Source: a virus (lineage: Duplodnaviria > Caudoviricetes). From it: a DNA stretch of 64,000 nucleotides. Made by a program: the position numbers and the translations under genes. This document shows, in pieces, positions 49,081-56,643 of the stretch (positions are counted from its first letter, which is position 1; every line of letters begins with the position of its first letter). The notes beneath the pieces are model-generated. The model did not search any database. It was given only the letters and a program-made list of their open reading frames with translations, and was not told where the DNA came from. The DNA lies in the IMG/VR virus record IMGVR_UViG_3300027971_000029, positions 1 to 64,000 of that record. One strand, given 5' to 3'.

Positions 49081-49980
49081 TTATTCTTGTCCAGCCAAAG
49101 ATTTGAAATAATCCAAATCATCATCTGCTACAGACTTGCGGTCAATCCGCTCTAAATCATCTTCCGACAATTTGCGAGAGATGTCCGCAGACTCTGCCTT
49201 AGTTTTAGGTGCAACTGCACCACCATCAAAACCGAGGACCTTATCTAAACGAGCCTTTAGAACTTCATAAGACTTAAATTGTTTAGGCTCAAGGAATTCT
49301 TTGAGAGAATATTCTTGCTTCCACAATTCTTCTAGTTTAGAATCATCACCATCAAAAAGAGCAGACTTGTCCGCAAATTCTGATTTATCATAATTACGAT
49401 AGCCCTCGACATTACGAATCTTCAATTTGAAGTTAGCACCTTCCCACATGTCAAATGGATTGACAGGTGTCTCATCAGCGAATTCTGGATTCATTGCCTC
49501 TGAGATTTTATCAAAGATTTTCTTACCAAACTTGTACAGTTTGATTTGACCTTCGTTAGAAGGATTTGTTGGATCGGAAATCACCAAGATATTAGCGATG
49601 TAAGTCAACTTGCGTTTTTGCTTACGAGCAATTTCTTTGTTGGCTTCGATGCCAGAGTTCCAAAGAGTAGAGTTATACTCAGAGACTGGATCTTTTTGGT
49701 TAAGAGTAGTCAAAGAGTTTTCGATATACCAACCACCAGGACCTTGAAAGCCATGATTGAATACACGAACCCATGGCAGACCATCTTCACCATCAATAGA
49801 AGGTGCGGGTAGAAAACGAATAACAGCCATGCCATTACCTGCTTTATCTACTTCGGGTTGCCAAAAACGGGTGTCTTCTTTGGAGCCAGCCTCTACGGAC
49901 TGGTTATTAACTGATTCAACAGCCTTTGTCAATTTGTCGAATTGACTGCTATTGCGTTTGAGGTTTGCAAATGAACTCAT
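49081..49980 (-). CDS. gp32: Single-stranded DNA-binding protein
   Basis: DKAGNGMAVIRFLP, HGFQGPGGWYIENSLTTL, NPFD.WEGANFKLKIR, acidic tail. Confidence 0.96.
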   Translation of the reverse strand: MSSFANLKRNSSQFDKLTKAVESVNNQSVEAGSKEDTRFWQPEVDKAGNGMAVIRFLPAPSIDGEDGLPWVRVFNHGFQGPGGWYIENSLTTLNQKDPVSEYNSTLWNSGIEANKEIARKQKRKLTYIANILVISDPTNPSNEGQIKLYKFGKKIFDKISEAMNPEFADETPVNPFDMWEGANFKLKIRNVEGYRNYDKSEFADKSALFDGDDSKLEELWKQEYSLKEFLEPKQFKSYEVLKARLDKVLGFDGGAVAPKTKAESADISRKLSEDDLERIDRKSVADDDLDYFKSLAGQE

Positions 49981-50039
49981 ATGTATTTTCCTTTTGTATA
50001 ACGGAGTATGTTTGTATGAACGAATTATCCACAGTATGC

Positions 50040-50068
50040 ATTATATCTCATATATAGACAGATTGCAA
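50040..50068 (-). promoter_or_regulatory. Sigma70-type promoter for gp32
   Basis: TTGCAA-17 nt-TATAAT. Confidence 0.7.
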
Positions 50069-50650
50069 GTGGCTTTTTAAAATCTCCTGAAACTTTGCCT
50101 TATCATAATCAATGAATGGGGTATACTTAATTGCAGTCAAGCATACCTCAGGCCATCTAATTGTGTCATCGATTTTTCGACTCCACATTGGAAAGAAGCC
50201 TAGCATATCATTCAATATGCACAATGTTTCAAATTGAGTTTCTTTCCGTAATGTTCTTGTCAATAGAACAGGATATTCTCCATCTTCTACTTTCAAAATG
50301 TCATTGGGATTAGAATAATCAATAAACAATTCACGGCAGTCATTATCAAAGATATAACTGAGTGATTGATGGCTCATCAAAAACAATTTGTATATCGATT
50401 CGGCATCTTCTTCTAAGAGTTTGCCAACCCATATCTTATTGTCGATGATGAAATTTGAAACGAGAAATTTAACAAACTCTTCTCTACTATACTTCCGAGA
50501 AAGTTTGTAGAAATAGTATTTGTCTTTTCTCAATTCAAATGTCTGTACAGAAATGTTTGACTTTCCATTGTATTTGAAATAGTCATAACTCTTCTGTGTA
50601 AAATGTATCTTCAAAGAATTGTATAAAGCAAAGGCTTCATAACCAGTCAT
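50048..50650 (-). CDS. gp59: Helicase loader
   Basis: Y.SLKIHFT...YDYFKYNGK, RKDKYYF.KL, KYTPF; lies between gp33 and gp32. Confidence 0.9.
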   Translation of the reverse strand: MTGYEAFALYNSLKIHFTQKSYDYFKYNGKSNISVQTFELRKDKYYFYKLSRKYSREEFVKFLVSNFIIDNKIWVGKLLEEDAESIYKLFLMSHQSLSYIFDNDCRELFIDYSNPNDILKVEDGEYPVLLTRTLRKETQFETLCILNDMLGFFPMWSRKIDDTIRWPEVCLTAIKYTPFIDYDKAKFQEILKSHLQSVYI

Positions 50651-50663
50651 AATAATTATAATC

Positions 50664-50885
50664 CTAAATTGGTAACTTCGACACCGTAGGCATCATCCTC
50701 ATTTCTTGGGCATCACTTTCAATTTTAGATTTGAGATTAGAGTTTACCAAAGATGCGGCAACTTCAATTTCAAGTCCAGTCTCTCTACAATATTCAACTA
50801 TTGCATCAATGTGATTACACCTATGTCTCCGCATCATCTCTTCAATTGCTTTTGCAAACTTCATCATTTCATCACGAGTAGGCAT
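50664..50885 (-). CDS. gp33: Late transcription coactivator
   Basis: IDAIVEYC.E.GLEIE.AASLV...LKSKI..DA; synteny. Confidence 0.88.
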   Translation of the reverse strand: MPTRDEMMKFAKAIEEMMRRHRCNHIDAIVEYCRETGLEIEVAASLVNSNLKSKIESDAQEMRMMPTVSKLPI

Positions 50886-50887
50886 AA

Positions 50888-51148
50888 TTATTTTTTCGCC
50901 TGAGTTGTTCCAATGATTGATGGAGTGTTATGTGATTGCATTGAAGATGCAAATGCAATACAGATAATGTCTGTGCTAGATGCATATGAGCAACGAACCG
51001 ATAATGGGTCAATACCTTTTGATATTGCACTGTCAACATTCGCCGCCATTAATTTTCTATCATTGGTGTAGAAAAAAGTCATACCACCAATCAAGGCAAG
51101 CAAAATCAAAGTGGCTGAAATTTGTAATGAAATTTTATCGATAGGCAT
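50888..51148 (-). CDS. Hypothetical membrane-anchored protein
   Basis: N-terminal TM segment; KGIDPLSVRC. Confidence 0.7.
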   Translation of the reverse strand: MPIDKISLQISATLILLALIGGMTFFYTNDRKLMAANVDSAISKGIDPLSVRCSYASSTDIICIAFASSMQSHNTPSIIGTTQAKK

Positions 51149-51701
51149 ATTGGTTTTCCTTTAGTGTTTTAAAGTAAAAGATATGTCTACCAATCTGTGT
51201 GGTCTTGACCATATTCTTCCACTTAGGGTTTACATAATCTGCATGATAAAAAAGTGCTCCTGAAGTAGGGTCATCAATCTTTTCATAATTTGCATAGACA
51301 TATGTTGCTAAGTCTCGAATATCATTATATCTTGAATTGTATCCAGTTGTCAATACTTTAGAGGTAGAAATAGAATTATTCTTCTCTTCACACCACCATG
51401 AGAATTGACAAGTCTTTCCCACTTTCTGTTTAACAACACCACAGATGTTGTCTTCAAAATGTCCTGAATTCATTCTGTTGATTGTAACAAATGCTACAGC
51501 AAGTTGACCTTCTCTTGGTTCATATGCCGATTCAAAATAAATGTTTTCTGCTAGGCAATTAACTTGCTCTTTTGCTTTAGCGTTCAAACTAAAATAGTTT
51601 GCTGTGAAAGGTATAGATGTTTGTGAATCAGTAAAAATAAAAACTGATAAAAGTATACCTAACGAAATAATAGTACTCAAAAAGATTGAGTGTTTTAACA
51701 T
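51135..51701 (-). CDS. Cell wall hydrolase (SleB/Hydrolase_2 family)
   Basis: CLAENIYFES, ICGVV.Q, CQFSW, GALFYHADYVNP.W, IGRHIFY; N-terminal anchor. Confidence 0.9.
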   Translation of the reverse strand: MLKHSIFLSTIISLGILLSVFIFTDSQTSIPFTANYFSLNAKAKEQVNCLAENIYFESAYEPREGQLAVAFVTINRMNSGHFEDNICGVVKQKVGKTCQFSWWCEEKNNSISTSKVLTTGYNSRYNDIRDLATYVYANYEKIDDPTSGALFYHADYVNPKWKNMVKTTQIGRHIFYFKTLKENQYAYR

Positions 51702-51720
51702 TGGTTTTTCCTTTCATAGA

Positions 51721-51747
51721 AAAAAAGGGAGACCATTGCGGTCTCCC
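51721..51747 (-). terminator. Rho-independent terminator
   Basis: GGGAGACC-GCAAT-GGTCTCCC followed by a T-run on the minus strand. Confidence 0.85.
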
Positions 51748-51759
51748 ATAACCTTCTCT

Positions 51760-52032
51760 TTAAGAAGATTTCTTAGATACTTTTGGTTGTTCCGCAGGAA
51801 TGTTAGACACAAAACCATTAAGCACTTGTGCTTTGGCTATGATATCTACTTCTGAGGGATATGGCGGAAAACCAGGATGGGCTGGTGGGTCTTCGCCTTT
51901 GCTTTTTGAGGTATCGCATTTTGTGGACCAATCATTACTGATTTGTTCACGCTTACCAAAATAATCATCTGATAACATGTCTCTTGCCATTTTTAATAGT
52001 TCGAGACGGATTTCAAAAGGTGTCATTGACAT
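51760..52032 (-). CDS. Hypothetical protein with its own late promoter and terminator
   Basis: MTPFEIRLELLKMA...YPSE.DII.KA..LNGFVS; AGGAG SD. Confidence 0.8.
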   Translation of the reverse strand: MSMTPFEIRLELLKMARDMLSDDYFGKREQISNDWSTKCDTSKSKGEDPPAHPGFPPYPSEVDIIAKAQVLNGFVSNIPAEQPKVSKKSS

Positions 52033-52100
52033 AGATTTCTCCTTGTGTTGTGTAAAGTGTGTAGTGGATTATTTGAATGGGTCCCACCGAACCCATCATC

Positions 52101-52108
52101 TATTTATA
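52101..52108 (-). promoter_or_regulatory. T4-type late promoter TATAAATA
   Basis: Exact consensus on the minus strand upstream of 52032. Confidence 0.7.
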
Positions 52109-52111
52109 CAG

Positions 52112-52549
52112 TTAGAAACTGTATTTGATGCCAGCAGTGATACGGCTACCGTTTTGTGCGGCAACAGAATCTTGTCCTGAAATGTATGTATAGTCAACTA
52201 GACCAGTAACATTTTTCACGATTGGCATACTGAAAGTAGCACCAGCAAGGGCGGCATAGCCATCAGAACCAGTTGCACTGTCAACATACACACCACCAAA
52301 CTTTACACCAACTCCAACTGGTCCAATTTTTGTGATTTGGATTGTGTCGGTCAAACTGTAAAGGTCTGCGGTTGTACTACGATTGAAGCCTAGTGTCAAG
52401 TCTTGTCCAAAAACTTTATCACCCAATGTTAGACCCCAAGCATTTTCTCTGGAACTCAAATTTGTTCCACCATTAACACCAACTTCAACCGCTTGTGCAG
52501 ATGCTACTGCGACCATTAGTGATGCGATAATTGCAATTTTCTTAATCAA
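52112..52549 (-). CDS. Small outer-membrane beta-barrel protein
   Basis: Signal peptide ending AQA; alternating beta-strands; C-terminal GIKYSF beta-signal; TTG start with AGGAG SD. Confidence 0.8.
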   Translation of the reverse strand: MIKKIAIIASLMVAVASAQAVEVGVNGGTNLSSRENAWGLTLGDKVFGQDLTLGFNRSTTADLYSLTDTIQITKIGPVGVGVKFGGVYVDSATGSDGYAALAGATFSMPIVKNVTGLVDYTYISGQDSVAAQNGSRITAGIKYSF

Positions 52550-52566
52550 AATAAACTCCTTGTTGT

Positions 52567-52607
52567 AAAAAAAATGATAGCTTATTCTGTTACGAGGAAA
52601 GCTATCG
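52567..52607 (-). terminator. Terminator-like hairpin at the end of the tmRNA coding piece
   Basis: GATAGCTT...AAGCTATC stem followed by a T-run on the minus strand. Confidence 0.65.
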
Positions 52608-52875
52608 AAACCCTAGGCCGTGTTTAGGCAGCCAATGCGAACTGTGAGTCGTTTGCGTTTACTTTTTTTGCTTGATTAACGGTCATCGCCTACCGTGCTG
52701 TCCACTCTGTTACTTGTTGCCCTGTCGAAACTAGTCTCCCCCATCAAAAAGAACCTACTGAATTACGATGCAGTGGTGATTAATTATTTCACCCTCTAAG
52801 TTCTTTTTGGTGGAGGAGGGGGGATTCGCACCCCCGTCCAGAACACTTTTCTCTTTACTTCATACAGCAATATCT
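52570..52875 (-). ncRNA. ssrA: Two-piece (circularly permuted) tmRNA
   Basis: Acceptor piece ends GGGGG-TGCGAAT-CCCCC-CTCCTCC-A-CCA (CCA at 52810-52808). After a 65-nt spacer, the coding piece starts GGGGGAGACTAGTTTCGAC (52742), giving a 7-bp acceptor stem with G3-U70. Tag ORF 52656-52624 reads ANDSQFALAA*. Outer ends are approximate. Confidence 0.93.
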
Positions 52876-53537
52876 TGATGTTTCTTCACATAGTAAAGAA
52901 GGTCATCAATGTATTTATGTTTTGTTTCCTCGAATATCTGAGGCAATGTTTCATCATTCACTGCAATAGCTACCACGATTTGTTCGATTGGTAAACCAGT
53001 AATCTCTTCGAACATAATTGCATAAGCACTACATTGCATAAAATAATTTTTGATATGGTCTTTGTCTTTCAACCTGCTTGATGTTTTAAAATCGATGACA
53101 GAAAGTTTTCCTTTCCATTCAGCAATACAATCTACACGACCAGCAACTTTCAATTTATGAGAATACAATGCTTGCTCTAAACAATAGATGTTGCCAATGT
53201 TCTTCATCAATTCAGGTTTCAGTTGAAGAAACATCTCCTTCACATTCGGCATCATCATTTGTATTTTCATATCACTCAATTCATTGAGTAAAAACTTTTC
53301 ACAAACATCATGCACTGAAGTACCACGGCGAGATGCTTGGCTTGATATCTTATTCGCCTGCTCCTCGCCTACTCTCTTACGCCATTCCATGATTGCTTTT
53401 TTATTGTAAGCAGATAGAACAGTGGTGATAGAAGAATACTTCTCACCATTCGGTGTTGTGTATTTTCTTCCAGATTCAGTTGTTACAGCATTTAATTCAA
53501 AATCTAGTTCTGGAAGTTTCACATGGTTAAAAATCAT
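52860..53537 (-). CDS. PD-(D/E)XK exonuclease (phage exonuclease A type)
   Basis: YSSITTVL, RGTSVH, AGRVDCIAE, VIDFKTS, YFMQ..AY. Confidence 0.9.
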   Translation of the reverse strand: MIFNHVKLPELDFELNAVTTESGRKYTTPNGEKYSSITTVLSAYNKKAIMEWRKRVGEEQANKISSQASRRGTSVHDVCEKFLLNELSDMKIQMMMPNVKEMFLQLKPELMKNIGNIYCLEQALYSHKLKVAGRVDCIAEWKGKLSVIDFKTSSRLKDKDHIKNYFMQCSAYAIMFEEITGLPIEQIVVAIAVNDETLPQIFEETKHKYIDDLLYYVKKHQDIAV

Positions 53538-53857
53538 GTAGCGCCAACTCTCTTTGTAATTTTATCAACATGCTTTTTAACAATCTCTTGAGTCCTTGCT
53601 TGTTTAATAGATTTCTTACCATAACGGTGACCATGAGGACTTGCTGGATGCGCCTCTGCAACCTTAGATAACACATCTTTGAAACCATCAGGTACCCGAT
53701 TTTGTGTTGAAGTAGAAACACCAGAAACAATTGCTGGCGCTGTCATTACAGGATGAATGTGTGGATTATTTTTTAGATATTCTTCACGCTCTGAAATTTT
53801 CATAAACGATTCAAACTCTTCACCTGTCTCACTATTCAAAAAATTATATGTTGGCAA
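53534..53857 (-). CDS. FmdB-like small protein (no Cys ligands)
   Basis: Start reassigned to TTG with GGAG SD; MPTYNF...TGEEFE.FM.ISE...NPH...GFKDVL. Confidence 0.7.
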   Translation of the reverse strand: MPTYNFLNSETGEEFESFMKISEREEYLKNNPHIHPVMTAPAIVSGVSTSTQNRVPDGFKDVLSKVAEAHPASPHGHRYGKKSIKQARTQEIVKKHVDKITKRVGAT

Positions 53858-54398
53858 AATTTGTCTCCGGATACCAAAGAGGAACTGGTCTCTTCTTCCA
53901 CTTCGCAAGATGCGATTTGTTGTTTATATAGTAGTTGCGATAGGATGCAATAGAATCACCAACAATCTTCACTTCATCAGGCATTGCAGGTGTTGGCTCA
54001 GTAAAGTTTCCTCTTGGAATATTATTTGGTCGAACCTCTAATGCCCAAACAAGTTTTTCGCAAGCATGTTTTTTACCATAGCGATATGTGTATTCTTCAA
54101 GAAGAGATTCGAACATTTCGAATAACCAAGAATAATTTTTATCGCTTTGCCTTACCCAAACTGCTGAAGGATGATTGATATGAGTGGAAGCATAAAGCAA
54201 CTTATCACGATTATCATAAAGAACATATCGGCTTTGCTTTCGACCAGTGTCAGAATGGCCGACAACGATAGTACCATCAAGCACACGATGAGCAGTAGAA
54301 AGTAATTGAGCATATTCTAAAATCATTTTGACCACATGCTTATCGTTATGCATTTCTGCACACTTAGTCACATCATGGTCGAGGTAAAAAATATTCAC
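53844..54398 (-). CDS. Pyrimidine-dimer DNA glycosylase-like (DenV family) protein
   Basis: MNIFYLD...DKHVVKMILE.AQLLSTAHR, THINHPS..W, EYTYRYGK.H, AMPD. Confidence 0.75.
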   Translation of the reverse strand: MNIFYLDHDVTKCAEMHNDKHVVKMILEYAQLLSTAHRVLDGTIVVGHSDTGRKQSRYVLYDNRDKLLYASTHINHPSAVWVRQSDKNYSWLFEMFESLLEEYTYRYGKKHACEKLVWALEVRPNNIPRGNFTEPTPAMPDEVKIVGDSIASYRNYYINNKSHLAKWKKRPVPLWYPETNFANI

Positions 54399-54401
54399 GG
54401 T

Positions 54402-54761
54402 TTAATCCCATCTGCGGTGGTCTTCTGCTACATGTTCCCAACCATCGTATTCACTGATATGCCATTTAACATTATCAGGAATTTCAACGACAGCAAGTTC
54501 GGATGCCCAATTATTTGCGGCTTCACCCATCTCTTCAACTACAGCAACCAAATCTTCATCGGCACGATTTTCGTAAAGGTCATATGCGCTGATATAGAAA
54601 CTTTCATCACCAACATGTCCTTCTTGGAAATATGTGGAGCCAAAAACTTGAGAATCAGATGTTTTCTTTTCCCACTTCACACCCTTGCGGTCAAGCAATT
54701 TCTCTAAAGCCTCTTCGGAAAGACCAAAGCCGCCATGACATCTATTGATTACTACTTTCAT
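54402..54761 (-). CDS. Conserved phage hypothetical protein
   Basis: MKVVINRC.GGFGLS...R.D..LV.VVEEMG...EYDG.E.V.E.HR.W. Confidence 0.8.
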   Translation of the reverse strand: MKVVINRCHGGFGLSEEALEKLLDRKGVKWEKKTSDSQVFGSTYFQEGHVGDESFYISAYDLYENRADEDLVAVVEEMGEAANNWASELAVVEIPDNVKWHISEYDGWEHVAEDHRRWD

Positions 54762-54765
54762 AATT

Positions 54766-55083
54766 TCATTCCTTCAATGGACAGTGTTCATCATAACACA
54801 TACTATCACCAAGTTCACCTCTTGTCAAGCCACATCTGCCGCAGAGTTCATTAGGACTTTTATATTCTTGATATTCCTCTGTTGGAGGATCAAAGTCAGG
54901 TATCTCACCATAGTATTCTTCATCAGACACAAAATCTAAAGTGCCTGAAAAATGAAAACCAGACCCACGCAAAAACATTTCAAATTGTTCTAAAATATCT
55001 GGAAGATAATCTGCACTGAATTCAACAGTTGTTTCGGCACTGCGACCAGAGATGTTGTCAATTTGTTTAAAGATATATTTCAT
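54766..55083 (-). CDS. Hypothetical protein
   Basis: FE.FLRG.GF motif; C-terminal Cys cluster; GGAG SD. Confidence 0.7.
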   Translation of the reverse strand: MKYIFKQIDNISGRSAETTVEFSADYLPDILEQFEMFLRGSGFHFSGTLDFVSDEEYYGEIPDFDPPTEEYQEYKSPNELCGRCGLTRGELGDSMCYDEHCPLKE

Positions 55084-55099
55084 ATAAATCTCCAAAAAT

Positions 55100-55128
55100 A
55101 AAAAAATAGGTCTACGGTTAGTAGACCT
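55100..55128 (-). terminator. Rho-independent terminator
   Basis: AGGTCTAC-TAACC-GTAGACCT followed by a T-run on the minus strand. Confidence 0.75.
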
Positions 55129-55147
55129 CTAGACCTTGTGAAAAAAA

Positions 55148-55534
55148 TTAAGAGGTCTGTTCTGCCGTAGCAGTTTCAGTAACTGTCTCAACAGTTTCGG
55201 TAGCGGTTTCTTGAGCACCAAGGTCTGCAAGTTTCTTCACAGATTTAGTTTTGGCTTTAGCAACAGTTGTGCTAATACCACGCTTGGCAAGATACTTTGT
55301 CATTTCATCGACATTCATAAGTTGGTATGCAGTTACCTTGCGACCATCTTTAAATGCTTTGATGACACCGCCGCCAAGGGCTTTGATACACCAAATATAA
55401 GTTGAAAGACGATACACTTCAAGTTCATTACTCAAAGTTGCGGCAACTTCTTCTTTAGAAATTTCTTTGCCACTAATCATTGTAACGAGCAATTTCTCCC
55501 AGACTTTGGGATCAGTTTGTTTACCACGAGCCAT
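55148..55534 (-). CDS. Early hypothetical protein, possibly winged-helix DNA-binding
   Basis: Own promoter, GAGG SD and terminator; helix-helix-helix-beta-hairpin pattern (inferred). Confidence 0.65.
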   Translation of the reverse strand: MARGKQTDPKVWEKLLVTMISGKEISKEEVAATLSNELEVYRLSTYIWCIKALGGGVIKAFKDGRKVTAYQLMNVDEMTKYLAKRGISTTVAKAKTKSVKKLADLGAQETATETVETVTETATAEQTS

Positions 55535-55565
55535 TTAGACACCTCACATAGTTAATAATACACAC

Positions 55566-55594
55566 ATCATAACACAACGAAACCGCTTTGTCAA
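55566..55594 (-). promoter_or_regulatory. Sigma70-type early promoter
   Basis: TTGACA-17 nt-TATGAT with extended -10 TG. Confidence 0.8.
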
Positions 55595-55626
55595 CAGTCT
55601 CGCCACAATATTGCCCATTAGAGCAA

Positions 55627-55815
55627 TTACTTAAAGATACCATATTCGATAGCATCTTCATCATACGATTGGCTGGCATACATCATCATGTTATGCTCTG
55701 CCATTGAAATTTCAAACTGTTCAAGTTCGAAAGCATTCCAATAATCTTCAACTGCCTGAGCCTTTTCTGAGGCAGATACTTCATTAAGACATTCATTCAC
55801 TTCTTCGAAAGACAT
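55627..55815 (-). CDS. Small acidic early protein
   Basis: GGAG SD and own promoter. Confidence 0.65.
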   Translation of the reverse strand: MSFEEVNECLNEVSASEKAQAVEDYWNAFELEQFEISMAEHNMMMYASQSYDEDAIEYGIFK

Positions 55816-55844
55816 AATAAACTCCAATCAATTGAACATAGTCA

Positions 55845-55873
55845 ACTATAACACACTTTGGTGCAAATGTCAA
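55845..55873 (-). promoter_or_regulatory. Sigma70-type early promoter
   Basis: TTGACA-17 nt-TATAGT with extended -10 TG. Confidence 0.8.
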
Positions 55874-55876
55874 GCA

Positions 55877-56221
55877 CTATCTTCGCATGTTTGCCTGGTC
55901 TTTTGCATCATCTTTGCTAAAGATTGGCACAGCATTACTTTTGTGCAAAGTGCCAATACCTAGCATGGCATCACCAGTGTACACAGGTTTTGATTTTAGA
56001 GTGCCGCCATTGAATCCAGTGTTCAATGACGGATAACGAGACAAATCACGCTCAGGTGGAATGTAAGTTTTTGGTGGAATGTATGGTGTGAAAGATTTAG
56101 ACTTTTTAGTCTTCACTTTACCATACTTTTTTTCAAGCGATGACAACCACTCTTGGTGTTGTTCAGCTTGTTTTTTCGGTGTCTTTTTTTTCTTAGACCG
56201 ATTGTCAACATAAATCATCAT
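55877..56221 (-). CDS. Conserved basic T4-like hypothetical protein
   Basis: YTG..MLGIGTLHKSNAVP...A.MRR. Confidence 0.8.
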   Translation of the reverse strand: MMIYVDNRSKKKKTPKKQAEQHQEWLSSLEKKYGKVKTKKSKSFTPYIPPKTYIPPERDLSRYPSLNTGFNGGTLKSKPVYTGDAMLGIGTLHKSNAVPIFSKDDAKDQANMRR

Positions 56222-56436
56222 TTTGCCGTGACCTCATATTTTTGATAACCAACAAAATCTTCTTTTGTGTTCAGAATTATATCAGCCTGAAAGCAAAAAC
56301 GCAAGAAGTCTTTTTCAAAATCTTGGTCATCTGCCAAAATAGAAAGTTGTTCGCCCGAATTCATTTTATTGAGTTTCATGCGAACCTTCAGGATGGGAAT
56401 GGGACACTTCAGTCCACGACAATCAATTGAATGCAT
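56218..56436 (-). CDS. tusA: TusA/SirA-family sulfur carrier protein
   Basis: IDCRGLKCPIPIL (CPxP) motif; GEQL.ILADD..F..DF..FC; 72 aa. Confidence 0.85.
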   Translation of the reverse strand: MHSIDCRGLKCPIPILKVRMKLNKMNSGEQLSILADDQDFEKDFLRFCFQADIILNTKEDFVGYQKYEVTAK

Positions 56437-56581
56437 TAGGTTTTGTAACAGACCAGTACATCAATGCAAGACCAACCATGCACATAGCTAGTTCGCCAAG
56501 CAAATTAGAGTCAGCAGGTGCATTGTCGATACCACCAACAGCACCGAAAACAATGAAAAGACCGAGAAAAAATCGTATCAT
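56423..56581 (-). CDS. 52-aa membrane protein
   Basis: Below the ORF-track cutoff. MIRFFLGLFIVFGAVGGIDN...MCMVGLALMYWSV; AGGAG SD. Confidence 0.7.
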   Translation of the reverse strand: MIRFFLGLFIVFGAVGGIDNAPADSNLLGELAMCMVGLALMYWSVTKPNAFN

Positions 56582-56614
56582 GGAAAACTCCTTCTTTATT
56601 CAGATTACAGATAC

Positions 56615-56643
56615 ATTATGACACATCTGGAACCGTTTGTCAA
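56615..56643 (-). promoter_or_regulatory. Sigma70-type early promoter
   Basis: TTGACA-17 nt-CATAAT with extended -10 TG. Confidence 0.75.

Noticed and set aside
52808-52845. Possible tRNA gene (T-arm plus CCA)
   Set aside because: No anticodon arm, and the matching 5' acceptor strand lies downstream next to a tag ORF, so it is the tmRNA acceptor piece.
52860-53537. Cas4 / CRISPR system
   Set aside because: Lacks the Fe-S cysteine set, with no array or other cas genes; it is an ordinary phage PD-(D/E)XK exonuclease.
53858-53908. Longer N-terminus of the 53534 ORF
   Set aside because: Overlaps the upstream gene; the TTG at 53857 has a GGAG SD and gives the typical MPTY start.
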